DNA of 64,000 nt from Eledone cirrhosa (taxonomy: Eukaryota): NCBI GenBank assembly GCA_964016885.1, contig OZ024746.1, positions 5,456,001 through 5,520,000 on the forward strand, written 5' to 3'. Position 1 is the stretch's first letter. The number at the start of each line of letters is the position of its first letter. The translations under genes were made by a program, and so were the position numbers. Shown here one piece after another: positions 29,851 to 43,684 of this stretch. The notes under the pieces were generated by a model. That model did no database searches. It was not told the DNA's origin and saw only the letters and a list, made by a program, of their open reading frames with translations.

Positions 29851-29857
<7 letters not shown>
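29672..29857. mobile_element. Fold-back element, about 60-bp arms with a 6-nt spacer
   Basis: 29732-29791 is the reverse complement of 29798-29857; the apex lies just 5' of GAAA-GCA..TGC (hammerhead-like 3' half); (TA)n flanks. Confidence 0.8.
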
Positions 29858-29897
<40 letters not shown>

Positions 29898-30015
29898 TTT
29901 AGGAGAAGGACTATATAATACATACACACACATATATATATATATATAGTGAAATAGTGATAACTTGTTATCCCATATATATATGTTCTTCCTGTTCCGT
30001 ATAACCATTACCAGT

Positions 30016-30055
30016 CCGAACTGAAGATCCGCTAAGGTGAAACAATTGATCTCGG
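30016..30055 (+). ncRNA. Minimal hammerhead ribozyme, family W (mutated U16.1)
   Basis: ccgaa-CTGAAGA-tcc-gctaa-ggt-GAAA-CAATTG-AT^ctcgg; a second copy at 49013 has the canonical T. Lies in an insert at about 29985-30150. Confidence 0.6.
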
Positions 30056-30169
30056 TATGGTGAACTAACTGTTGTATTACCTCTTCTACCAAATTCGTCC
30101 CATGACTGAGTGCTCTACCACTACGGATATTACATTCCAGTGTTCTACCCCCCCTCTCTCTCACACACA

Positions 30170-30277
<108 letters not shown>

Positions 30278-30339
30278 TATATATATATATATATGTGTTA
30301 TATATATATATATATATGGGATAACAAGTTATCACTCTT

Positions 30340-30384
<45 letters not shown>

Positions 30385-30387
<3 letters not shown>

Positions 30388-30442
30388 AACGAGTAGGACC
30401 CCGACGGCTGAGCTCAAGCCGTTTCGACGGCTAATTCTGAGT

Positions 30443-30444
<2 letters not shown>
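30385..30444. mobile_element. Single short arm of family X
   Basis: ggaacgagtaggaccccgacggctgagctcaagccgtttcgacggctaattctga between TA runs. Confidence 0.8.
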
Positions 30445-30481
<37 letters not shown>

Positions 30482-30617
30482 CATATATATATGTATATAT
30501 ATATATGTATATATATGTATATATATATATGTATATATATATATGTATATACATATATATATGTATATATATATATGTATATATATATATGTATATATAT
30601 ATGTATATATATATATG

Positions 30618-30662
<45 letters not shown>

Positions 30663-30855
30663 GTATATATATATATATGTATATATATATGTATATATAT
30701 ATATGTATATATATATATGTATATATATATGGGCGAAAGTTCAACAAGGATAAGCACAGGTGAATAATACAGTACAATGTTAATATATATTTATTCAACT
30801 CTCGTGTGTTTATGTGTATACAACCTTATAAAAACACACTTACACTTACACACAC

Positions 30856-30926
<71 letters not shown>

Positions 30927-31899
30927 GAGAGAGGGTGAAAATAAAACACTTGTCCTATGGTGTAGATGAAAGCTTTAGGTGTTGTAGCAAAAGTTTAATT
31001 TATTTCTCTATAGGGCGTAATTACCTGGTTTGTACCACTTCAGAAATCAATGTCAAACATTACTGCAGAGGAAGCTAATATTTTCCAATTTAAGTATTTG
31101 TATGTGCGGAGAAATGTAGGACTTTTTCTAGTTAAATAAGCATCTGTGTATTCTTACATGTGTTCTCTTGTGATTATGTGTATTTATATTTGCTGATTTT
31201 ACACAGAAATAACCGTATTCTAAGCTGCCGTGATTGAAAATTCGCCTTGAGATTACACTGTCACTTATTTGTGTACTTTAAAGACGGAGATGTAATAACA
31301 ATTGTGCTTCTATTCTGAGGGTAACCAATTCAGAATTACTTTATATTCCCTGTTAAATGTAAATGCTGATAACAAGTCTCGTACCCAGCAGAGATGTACA
31401 TATTTGAACATGCTCTTCTCTCGCTACTGTAAACTTCTTCACGTTAACTTCTATTTGTCTATGATATGTCTTTATGCATGTAATCATTCACTGCTGCCTC
31501 ATATTAAGTTCTTATTTTTATAAGCTTTATTCTCAGCTTGTTCCCGGAGCACTTTAATCTTCCTATCGTATATTACCAGGCAATGTCATGTCTATAAAAA
31601 CATATGTAACAACGTGACCGCAATATTTCTCATCTTCGTGTTGTAAGTGGATATTTAGTGGGTCAATATTCTTCGGTGATTAGACGTCGGCCACAGGGAC
31701 ATATACACTTTATAGGGGCGGTGAAACTGGGCAGGGAGGCCAAGGCCCCCACAATAATTATATTTTTCTCCCCAAAACAAACAAACACATATATATATTT
31801 GTATATTCCCAGTGACCGCCTGGTTAAGATGTTTGCTGCATGATCATCAGATTTATAGTTCAGTATCATTGCGTAGTATTTTGGGAAATAGCCCCAGTT

Positions 31900-32040
31900 A
31901 TTGCTAGTATTCAATTTCAGCTGAGTATACTGGAGCAACGTGAAATGAGGTGTTTAGCTCAAGAACTCAGCACGTGACCAAGCCCAGGTATCAAACCCAC
32001 GACATTGTGATCATAAGTCCAATACCAGGCAACGCGCCAC
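31900..32040 (-). mobile_element. SINE family A (degraded)
   Basis: cagctgagtatactggagcaacgtgaaatg...gctcaaga matches the reverse complement of the family core. Confidence 0.65.
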
Positions 32041-32281
32041 CACTATATCTATTTAATATAGCTTACATAATATCATTGCTAGGCTACAGTCCTCATAATA
32101 ATACAGCTTTATTAAATTTCTCATCGCGTCTAAATCAAATAGAACATTTTAAACTTAACTGTTTCTTTTCTCTGTAACCTCATGAAAGGATATCGGAGTG
32201 TGAAAGGTTCGCTGCCAGATATGATAAAACACCTGATATAGTCTTGTTTTAAACAAAAGGCATCACATAAGATATATAATA

Positions 32282-32465
32282 TAATTGTTTCTACTTTTGG
32301 CACAAGGCCAGCAATTTCCCAGTGCATTACTGGTACTTTATTTTATCGAGCTCGTAAGGATGAAAGGCAAAGTTAACCTCGGCGGGATTTCAACTCAGAA
32401 TGGCAAGGGCCGTAACTCCATACGTCAAAGCATGGCGTCCGACCCTCTACCGATACTGCCAATCC
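32282..32465 (-). mobile_element. SINE family B
   Basis: Matches 25535-25724. Confidence 0.85.
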
Positions 32466-33944
32466 TAATACCAATAAGATATATGATATAATGATTTGAA
32501 ATGATTGCTTAATATCCTTTCAGTACCTATGTGCTAATGAGGATAAAGGTAATTTCCTTTCTTACGAATCAAATTAAGTTTGTGAGCCTTGATATCCTTG
32601 AAACAGTTGCAACACTCAATAGAAAGCAAGTGGTTGCTCATTCCTCGGAGGATATTAAACCACACTAAAATATTCATGTTTTCATTCACTAAAATATAAT
32701 TCTGTTCGAAATATTGCCATCACTTGTAAAACAGACGATATTATATCCTACATATCTAACATAAGAATGTGTAATAACATTACTTTGATGAGAAATAATT
32801 TAATATCATAACTTTTAGACACAGTGAACATATCTTAAAACATTACAGAAATCGGTTTATAGGTCTTATCTAACAAAACTTACACAACCAAAACAAATAA
32901 AGCAATTAGTTATTTATCATTTCTTTCAAAATTACGTTTTGAAAATTATCAGCTTATTGATTAATCACATTTTATTGTGCAATGTTTTATGTTCAATACA
33001 TTGAACTTGATATATTAGTAACAAAGACACAACTTGATGCTTTATTCAATGAAAGAATTTCACACTGTGGGGCATTCTAGGTTCAATTGTAAAAATGTGG
33101 CACTCGTTAAGTGGTGTATTCCTTATTTCCACATCAAACTGTTGCTTTAGATTTTCTTCACCTGCATCCCTGTATTTCAAATGTAATAACGATGCAGGTT
33201 AATTTCAATTATCATATTACAGTCTATTGAAACACTCACGCATCTAGTATAATTCATTTGCTAATAGAACTAACCTCCCATAGATAGGTTACAAAACGAC
33301 AAGTTCACAGCAGATTTACTGCTATATTGTTCTTAATGAAACCATTGTTTCACGCCTTTGCTGAGAAAGATCAGCAGCAGTGTCAATTCTTTCTTCATTT
33401 GAAAGTCATACGATAATTTGATTATTAGTAATAATTTTTCAATCATGCCATTATCCACAGGATGTAAATGAGACTATACCATTCACTCCTTAATATATAA
33501 ACTTGCTAGAGATTTAGTTTGCAATTTGTGAAATGAATTCTCTATGAAAGGTATTTTTGCATATATTCTCAAACACCTTTGTACTTATAGATATATTTAC
33601 ACCAAGTAAACCTTTTTGAAATGAATTTCACGCTCAATCGCTCTCGTAATGTACCGAGACGTAACTCTCGATTAAATTGTAGGTGGTGTGTCTTGGGCAC
33701 TTTAAAATTGGCGTCCACTTCCCATTTCCAAAGGAGTAGAGCAAAAGAAAATGAGATAAAATAAGTGAGAAAGATGAGGAATTGACAGAGCGTGAACGAA
33801 CACAGCGAATCATTCTATCCGACGTTCACTCTGCCAATTCGTCGCCTCACCCTAATAAAGCAAATGCCAAATCAGGACCTCTGATATACCTGTACTAGAA
33901 AATATTTTCTATGCTGAAATTGGTATGGAAAGTGATGTCAAAGA

Positions 33945-34132
33945 AATAATTGTTTCTACTTTTGGCACAAGGCCAGCAATTACCCAGTACATTACTGGTA
34001 CTTTATTTTATCGACCCTGTAAGGATGAAAGGCAAAGTTAACTTCGGCTTGATTTGAACTCAGAATGGCAAGGGCCGTAACTCTATGCGTCAAAGCATGG
34101 CGTCCGACCCTCTACCGATACTGTCAACCCAC
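33945..34132 (-). mobile_element. SINE family B
   Basis: Matches 25535-25724. Confidence 0.85.
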
Positions 34133-34840
34133 AAGAAATAATGATTCTGTATTACATGTCAAATGTCACATATCCAATAGATTTATAACGTTTAGAGAGT
34201 TGGCACATTTGAGAAGAAATAGTTCGTACTTGGCAAAGATAGTGAAAGACTCTGTTGCGGCGGGTGGCTTCTCTGAAGACATTCTGCCGTATAGCTCTCC
34301 TGAGAGTTTACTATCACTTCGTACAACGGATATATTGAATGTAGAAAGTGATTCTTTGGAATAAACGATAGCATCTCCCTTGGACGGCATGTTCCCAGTT
34401 AAATCACTATCATCTCAATACTGTGAAAAAGTTGAAAGTAATTTTGAAAGATAAAATTACAAATAACTATTTCTATCTCTCCAAGCCGGTGCTCCAGCAT
34501 AGTCACAGACTGTTGGCTAAAATAAGCAAAAGAAATGAGTTTAATAATATATTTCGCTCACGTTTTCTTTAAAAAAATATCCTAAAATCGGTGAAACTAT
34601 TTTCTATTCTATTCTGATGTTCACAGTTAGATGGGCATATTAGAGTCAACACGTGAATATATTGTATTTTAAAATAAAATATATTTTCTCATCCCTGCTG
34701 CATTTCTTTGTTCTTTCTTTCGCTTTCTATCAACTGTTCTCGACATTTACACTTTATTTTTCTGATATTGTTATACCAGAAACTAAACATATTATTTTTC
34801 TTTTCCTTCTACTACTACTACTACAACTACAACAACAACA

Positions 34841-34896
<56 letters not shown>

Positions 34897-34929
34897 ACAG
34901 ACATACAAAAAAAAACACATATATACATA

Positions 34930-35290
34930 TATTTAACCACCACCAGATATCTTGCTTTGGGGCTATCTGATGCATATGAGAAGGTGTGTGCCACCCCCGC
35001 CATAATCACTGAACTAAATGAAACATCAGGGAGTCTAAGAGAGCTACCCCTAGCTTGTAAAGACGTTATGCTAAACTTCATCATGTGCATTAAAAAACGC
35101 ATGGTTTGGAATGGGGATCACTTTGAATATATGTAACTCTGGAGAGAAACCTGAGATGATAGTCGATGGCTTCATTTGTTGTTTTTAATGAGTTCAACTA
35201 AATGTATTCGGAGCGTCATCATTTTTTGTCAAATAAATCAATCATGTAGGTAAACAATTAAAATGGGACCAGTCTCTTTTAGTTACCCTG
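34930..35290 (+). mobile_element. IS630/Tc1/mariner transposase C-terminal relic with right TIR
   Basis: PPDILLWGYL (frameshift) EKVCATPAIITEL..CKDVMLNF..NGDHFEYM* resembles the DFFLWGYLK..GGHFEH end of these transposases; terminates ACCCTG|TA. Confidence 0.7.
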
Positions 35291-35293
35291 TAA

Positions 35294-35413
<120 letters not shown>

Positions 35414-35414
35414 T

Positions 35415-35467
35415 AAGTTTCAGAAGATCCCGTTAAGGGTGAAAGCAGCGATTCTTTGCTTAAACTT
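35415..35467 (+). ncRNA. Type-I hammerhead ribozyme with one core substitution
   Basis: AAGTTT-CAGAAGA-tCCCgttaaGGGt-GAAA-GCA..TGC-TT^AAACTT; perfect 6-bp stem I; CUGA is changed to CAGA. Lies in an insert at about 35410-35580. Confidence 0.65.
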
Positions 35468-35673
35468 TAATCTGTTATTTTAATAAATATTTGCTCTTCG
35501 GTTCTTATATATTTGATATATATTTATCCTTATCGAGCCCTCTTTGGATTTTAGTCTTCAAATTTATTATTATTACTATTTACTATATATATATATATAT
35601 ATCTATATCTATATCTATCTGTGTGTGTATATATGTGTGTGTGTGTATATATATATATATATGTGTGTGTGTA

Positions 35674-35715
<42 letters not shown>

Positions 35716-36772
35716 GAGAAGAAAGAATACTACGTGGTTGCACATGGGTTACATATGATAAAAATAGTCCTTCATCAGTGATTTTCCAACCTTCATTGCT
35801 ATTTCATCGCTTTAAAAATCAGGTTGTTTTTTCATATATGAGTGTTCGAATTTCTTTTTACTTAAAAAAGGGGGCTCACGAAGGGTTTTTTAAAATTATA
35901 CTTATTGATTGACCAACCAATCAAATTACTTCTCTAAAAACCTGGCGTTTCGAGCCACTTTTTCCATATAAAACAAGTAACATTCAAAGACCAACCAGAT
36001 GTGAGAAAAACCACAGACCCTCCATCTCAACTCTACTTTTGAAAAGCAGAAGAACTGCGAAACCGGTAAAGGAACCAAATAAAAATATATATATTTAAAA
36101 AAAAAATAAGACTCCAGTTGCATTTTCGATTTCATCTTATATATATATATATATAATGTATATATATATATGAGTCCCGGATTAAATCTGGAGTAACCAC
36201 AATAAGTAAGGTACTCAATATATTAGTAGAGTGCAAATAACAAATTTAATATAGAAATGGCTTCTATAGGAATAGAACTGATTCATTCGAAGAAAATCAC
36301 CTGGAAAGTCCTGATGGTGTTTTCTGAAACTAGTGAGGTTTTAATTGATAATAACGAAACCGACACATGCCGTGTAGTTATGCTACCTCGTAGATAGATT
36401 CCCACTCTGATCAATACCCGGAGGCTGTTTAATGAGAAACAAAGCCGAAAATCTTTGTACTTTTCATAATATAATTTGACCTTTTATTATCATTAATATA
36501 GAATACTTTGTGTCATGTATGTTTCCTATAGTCTTCATTTCCCTGCTGAATAATATCGTGTAGAAGGGTTCACCTTCCATTCTAGGTTATATGTAATTAG
36601 TTTACTGAAACTTCCAATCCATTAACTTTTAATATTGTCATTTATGTTTAGAAAATACTGATTTTCTAACATATCTTATATTCTTCAATCTAAAGCAGAC
36701 AATAGAGGTTCGAATTTAGTGTAAGTTACATGTTTTTAATTGTTATTTTCTCTGTCATTATATACAACATTA

Positions 36773-36958
36773 GGTGGTTAATTGGCAGTATTGGGTTGAA
36801 CGCCATGCTTTGCAGGAAAGAGTTACGACCCTTTATGTCCTGAGTTCAAATCCAGCCGAGGTTAACTTTGCCTTTCATCCTTACGGGGTCGATAAAATAA
36901 AGTACCAGTAATACACTGGTATAATTGCTGGCCTTGTGCCAAAAAGTAGAAACAATTA
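36773..36958 (+). mobile_element. SINE family B with TSD
   Basis: Full length; attatatacaac on both sides. Confidence 0.88.
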
Positions 36959-38069
36959 TATACAACTTTCAATATCCTTATACGATACAAGTTAAATAAA
37001 GGTCTCTCTGCTAAAAGTCTCAAAATCTCTTGAGTGTACCTCGTACATTTGAAGTAACCTCATTGGCAATGGAAAACAGGAAGTAAAGTATTTCTAGGTT
37101 ACTTATAAACTCAATATATAGCACACACATATTTATATTGTAAACATATATATAGTAAACATGAAATATATAGCACACATTGTATTTTCATGGAAAAGGC
37201 TTTATTTCACAAAATGTTTCTCACATAATATCAAATCAACGAGATTTTGATATTATTTATTTTGAGAACAATATCTTTACATAAGTGTGAGCAGCTGGTT
37301 ATGGCCAGTTTGAACAGAAAGAGGTGAAAAAATTCTGGCCGGATACGGCCGGTTTAAATGCTAGAGGGTTAAGAGGGAAACAACTTGACAACTCGATGCA
37401 ATATTCTATATTAATGATAGAAATAAAGAATAAAAGATATGAAGACCTTCATTTTCCTTTCTGAGGAAGATGAGTCAGTGTCTGTTAGTCGGACACTTTG
37501 ATGTCCAGGCAATAACCGAATTAATCCATTTCAGCTTTTCCTCTGTACATGTTTGTTGCATATAAAAAATGTAGATCAGCCGTCGTGACCGGAATATTTT
37601 GAATCTGTGTTCAGTTCATACGAACAATTTTCTGTACATTTGATATATTATTGTAGAGCAAATACTGAATAAATGTTGGATGTTCAACGCTGTATTCAGA
37701 AGCATGTCGAGTTGTATTGCGTGTGAACACATAAAGACTCAGTTGCTGTCAGTTGCAGAAAGTCACACTAGAACTTCTTCATCTTCAATGTATCCCGTCT
37801 TCTCTATGAATATCTGACAACTATTGTTGAATTGTACTTTCGTTGGCGATTGCTTAACCAAATGCTTGGTTGGTATAATCAGTTGAATTTGTTTTTGTTT
37901 TCTATGTTTAATTTGACAGCCAACAGTAAACAAGAATAGAACAAACCAGCATAAATCGATACTCTGCACATTCTGCTTCGAACTAGTATGTTATATGCAA
38001 CAAATTTCAAAATTCTTATAAACTGAAATTAGTTGAACACCCACATAATCTCTCTCTCTCTTTCTCCGC

Positions 38070-38182
<113 letters not shown>

Positions 38183-39200
38183 ATACAGTCTGGTCGTGGC
38201 TTACAACAAGAATGCACTGCATCCAGTGGGAGACAAGCGGAACTATGTAGCCTTTTCTACTAGGAAGAGAACATTGATAAATATATCTCTTAGTCATGGA
38301 TACATAGCAGCGATGACAATTATCAACAAACAACTAAATATCAACGTCTTTCTGTGGTAAAAGATCACAAATTAATTTCAATTATAATTTAATTGAACGG
38401 AATACCACAGAATCACATCCATTGCAACGATAATCTAGTCATCCATTATTCCAGCTCAAATTCGATTCTATCAGAAACACTAAATGAATCTGATGTCAAA
38501 GATATGCAGACGGGTTGATTAAGGAATTGAACTAAAATTAATTAAAGGACAGCTTCTGGTTACGCTTACTTGCATCTCCACAAAACGCCATGAACAATAT
38601 CTTGATTGTTAAAGCTGCCCAACAATCTGAGTTGTCATGCCGTAAACTCCACTAACAAAAGCTAGATGGTAAGCAATCTTTCTTCATAAATTCATCTGAA
38701 CCTTAGTTCATCTCTTCTTTGTGTAGCATTATCTGCAGGAGTTACATAATTAATGATTTGCACCAATTGTCATTAGAAAAGCTCGTTAGCCTTTAAACTG
38801 AGAAGTCAGTCGTGAAATAGAAATGCAGTGATTGATATTCGGTAAAGTATAGAATCACACTAGTATTGAAATATTGAATATATAAATAATCCTCTAAAAC
38901 TCGCGAAGGAACACGCAAAAGAATGTTTGAGGGTTCAACTCTATAGTATTTTAAAAACATTTTGGAAGCGTTATTGGGTAAAGGTAAGTTTTTTGTGGAA
39001 GAATTACTCGACTGGAATTAATATTTCACTTAAGCACCACATACTGATGGAGGGTAATATATATTAAAGACACACGCCATATACTTACATCTCTATCATG
39101 AGCCATGCTATGTTGAAGCTACCTATTGTTTATAATATGTGAGATATATATATGATATGGAAAACGAAGAATCAGTGATGCATCGGAACACAAATTTATT

Positions 39201-39293
39201 ACGTATTACAAATGTTTCTCCGGCGAACAGCTCGAGGTGCGATCTGTTTGTGGATCGAACCTGACTCTGGATTCGCAAGTTCCTCAGATACGT
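39201..39293 (-). ncRNA. Hammerhead ribozyme with long stem II insert, family U
   Basis: ACGTAT-CTGAGGA-(about 62 nt)-GAAA-CATTTG-TA^ATACGT; stem I covaries with the 54458 copy. Confidence 0.75.
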
Positions 39294-39362
39294 CTAGTAA
39301 TTTCGAAACAAATCCTCCTTCTTGTGATAAACCGGCATATGGACGCATCCAAGCAACATTAC

Positions 39363-39618
<256 letters not shown>

Positions 39619-39638
39619 AATATATACATACATACAAT

Positions 39639-39890
39639 GATATTAAATAAGTGGAAACTATATTTATAAAACCATATTTATTCTATTATATATATTTCAA
39701 GGGTACCAAAACTTTGGTAGGCTCTCATCAGATAAGTTTTGGTACCCTTGAAATATATATAATAGAATAAATATGGTTTTATAAATATAGTTTCCACTTA
39801 TTTAATATCATTGAATATTATATTCCAGAAAACTGTCGAGTGCTTCGAATCAGTTATAAATCATTTATATTTGTTGAATTACCAACAAAT
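39639..39890. mobile_element. Fold-back PLE pLTR remnant, family Y, with a hammerhead core on the - strand (39684-39734)
   Basis: About 39639-39714 is the reverse complement of 39734-39810; the - strand reads tat-CTGATGA-gagcctacc..ggtaccctt-GAAA-TATATA-TA^ata. Confidence 0.8.
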
Positions 39891-40054
39891 TAAATATCCC
39901 TTTTGCTTAAACAAGATTAAACAAGGTTCAATGAATAAACCAAAGAATGAGTTTTACAATAGATTGGAAGCACTCAACAGGAAAAAATGGTTTTCCGGAG
40001 TTATTAATATTAGTTCAAAATATTATCAAAAATAGATATTCGTGTGATCAAGTA

Positions 40055-40121
40055 TATTTTATTATACATATTTCAGAGGTACTGAGCTATCTTCAACAGT
40101 ACGTCCTCATCAGATAAAATA
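40055..40121 (-). ncRNA. Minimal type-I hammerhead ribozyme, family Z (intact)
   Basis: TATTTTAT-CTGATGA-ggacGTACTG..CAGTACctct-GAAA-TATGTA-TA^ATAAAATA. Confidence 0.85.
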
Positions 40122-42050
40122 AGATGATGCATGACATACCCTGACTTAGTAGATGGTTAAGATTCAGTCATGGTAGTGAATATGATGTGACAACTCAATA
40201 TTTATATACCTTAAGATTGAGACATGAAAAAATTAACATATAATACAGAGGGTGCGTGTGAGAAAGCTTAAAAATACATAATAGCAATTTACATAACTGT
40301 TAGAGATTCAAATAATTTAAATTATTGAAAAAAGAAGAAAGAAAGAAGAATGACAAAGAGAAACAGACGAGGAAAAAATATAGTTACTAGAAGCATAGAA
40401 AGCAAAAGAGAATTGATCAAGGATAGACAGACAAAGAGGAATAATTTTTTATAGTATAAAGCATAGATAAATACATGAATATACATTTGGGCATAGCTTT
40501 GTGAAAGAGTAAACTCGAATCTTTGAATTATCTAGAAGTATCCATCAATGTAAATATTAAATATATCTGGGTGTAATTAAATGAGGGTTTAATTTTGAGT
40601 CCTTAGTTAATTAGAAATATACTAACAATTATATACACTATATATATCCAAACGTATCCGGCTGACCGTTAAATTTCGAATTCTTTATGTTAGTTCAGAA
40701 TAATGAATAATCTAAAGGTATAATATTTCAGGCTATAAAAATTTATAAATATCTATATTTAATTTATAAAATCATATTTAAAGTATTTGCAAACATGAGA
40801 AAGGAACTTAGTATTTTCATCCACACGAAGGTAATCCATATTAAATTATATTATCTTATATTATTTTCCTATATTAAAATAATTCTCATTATATAATTTA
40901 GGAAATAATTACAGTTATAACTTTAAAAATTTAAAGTTAACAATTAGAATGCCCTAAAGTATCTAAAGGCCTTATAATTAAACTTAAAAAAGGTATTATT
41001 AAATTAGATATATGCATTTGTCTAAATATATACAAAGAGTATATTGTCTAAAGTTCAAGACGATATTAGTCAGTTATACATAACATAATATAATCTAATA
41101 TAATAAATAAGTTACTGTTAATATTGTTAAAATTAAGGTTTTAGATCAATTATTATATTAGGATCATGTAATACATATATACTATAAAAATTACATGAAT
41201 CATAAAGATACAAACCAGATTCAAAATAAATAAGTAAATTGTTTGCGATCATATAAGTGCCAAGTATTTAAGCTATATAATTTAAAAATACTAGAAAATG
41301 TGTAAGGATCTATATAGTAGTATAATATCACATTTAAAGTGTCTGCAAACCTGAGAAAGAGAAAACTTAAGATCTTCATCGACCCGAAGGTAACCCGAAT
41401 TTAATTAAATTAAAAAAATAATAATCGTTATATAATTTAGAAAATATTTAACAATTATAACACTAGAATGTCCTTAAGTATCTAAAGTACTTATAAATGT
41501 ATCTAGAAGTCTGTTATTAAACCAGATATTGAACAGCGTATTCCGTTCGGAACTCAAGACGATATTAGTGATCCATATACATATAATAAATAAATAATAA
41601 AATCATTGTTAGTAAAGTTATAATTGAAGTTTAACATCAAGTTAAGTGTAAAAAGTTTGTCGACTAGGATCGTGTACGACGCATATACCATACATATATA
41701 TAAACAAATATGAATATATAAATCAAACACCCTGAATCTGAAAACTAACATACTCCAAAAGAATAAATACATAAATACATAAAAGCATGAATTGTTTACG
41801 GTTCATTACAACTGTCAACCATATAAGCTATATATTTAAGAAAATACAAGAATCCCAATCAAATTAAATGTATCTACACAATCAAAATATATGCATATTC
41901 ATCAAGAGATCATGTTAACAATCTATATGTTAATATATTTATATAGAACACTTAATCTAACATTAATCATATCATAAATGAGTAAACAAATTATTATAAC
42001 ATTTTACGCACTCAGTTGCTACGAGACGTCAACAATTAGAACCTATTTAT

Positions 42051-42560
42051 TTAGTGTTTTTTCCTGACATTTTGCGAGGCTTGGAATGTAGAGGAAGCTT
42101 TATGAAGGCAATTTGAGAATAATTCACTTTTTTTGTTAATTAAATCATCATAATTAGTAATTATTAATAGGGTCTCCATAGTACAGAGATTGCAGTTAGG
42201 TGATATTGAAGAATTCGAGTGTATTCGACTATTACACAGCTTCGACCAAGAAATCGAGTATTTTAAATTTTTGACTTTTAACGACCATATAAGTTGTGAT
42301 AAAATAGTCGAAGATTTCCTATTAGGATTCGAAAAAGAGTATTTATGATTCGCAAATCTTAGTTGTATGTGATGTTATTTGCTTTTACGGTGCATTTATA
42401 GACCAGATTGCTATCCAGACAATTATTTTGCAGAGGGCAATTTGATCTATTTCTACAATTACATTTCGATTTACTGTTATTACTATAAATTGGACAATTG
42501 ACATTAACATTGTTAGTACTTTGAAGTGTTCTATTGATTGTGCTTAGATTAATGTTATTG
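42051..42560 (-). pseudogene. PLE GIY-YIG endonuclease C-terminus (Neptune-like Cys linker) with the YIG segment deleted
   Basis: KCNCRNRSNCPLQNNCLDSNLVYKCTV..(frameshift)..RFANHKYSF..STILSQLIWSLK..YSISW..CNLCTME..LINKKSELFSNCLH; stop at 42051-42053. Confidence 0.85.
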
Positions 42561-43601
42561 TTATTCCTATATATATATATAACACATCTACCAACATTAT
42601 TGAATGTTGTATTAATCCACACAAAATCCCAATACTGCAAAACTACAGGCACTCAATATTCATGTGTGAAAGTTCGTTTGTATTATTTGATTCTCTATTG
42701 TATATATTTATTACTTAAAATCTGGTTTGGATGCCTGATAGCAAAATTTGATATTTCGGTAGTGTTATAAATATTCTAGACACACTTTAGCATTTTACTT
42801 CGATGTTCAAGGTGAACTCTTTAGTATTTCGATTATTGACCTTAAACCTCTCTTCATGACCTCTTGTCGATATTTCTATTGTTATGATATTCGTTGATAA
42901 TTTACCATATTCTCTCTAAATATAAATCTTAAATGTATGTGGCTACAGTTGTATCTAATATTGAAATAGCTCATCATACTTACTAGAAAGTATACGTCAT
43001 TTGTACTTACAGTTGGTTTTTATTTCCAGTTAAGCAGACTTTCTTTTATTCAATCTTATTGTATCTAGGAGTACATTTTATAACGAATCGTAGTCAGATG
43101 CCTTTGAGCCCCTTGGGGTAAGTTATTCTCAGACGAAAGATATCTAAGTGCTTTAAAGTGGTGTTAAACTGAATGAAGATAATTGTTCTAGCAACAGCAA
43201 ACTCGACACCCCCATTTACGAAATGTGAGGTTGCAGACCTTTCTTATAGAAAAATTGTATTTAGTTTCGCTGTTATTTCAACTAGTTTTAAGGCCCGCAT
43301 AGAGAAATTTTTCTGAATTCTCCTCACAATAATGTTAGCTCCTAGTGAAGTGAGACAACGGTTCAGATCCAATATTCAGTTGTAGCTAGTTCACTTAATC
43401 TATCCAGCTCACCACTGAGAAAGAGGCAGTGACAGAATAATCATCCTCGGTGATCAAGAAAGTGTATTAGTTTCCCAGAATAGATATTTATCTTTCTAAA
43501 TCCAACTATATTCATGTAACAAACACTATTGTGACCACAATACACTTTTCTTGTTTGTCCCACCAAAGAGTAAAATGTCCAGATGTCAAATTGCTGTGAT
43601 C

Positions 43602-43621
43602 GTAGTAGTAGTAGTAGCAGC

Positions 43622-43684
<63 letters not shown>

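Larger units (their letters stand above)
39900..42570 (-). mobile_element. 5'-truncated Penelope-like element (GIY-YIG end, long AT-rich 3' region, pLTR with hammerhead)
   Basis: The GIY-YIG relic at 42051-42560 and the same-strand hammerhead at 40055-40121 are joined by continuous AT-rich sequence; assignment to one element is inferred. Confidence 0.65.
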
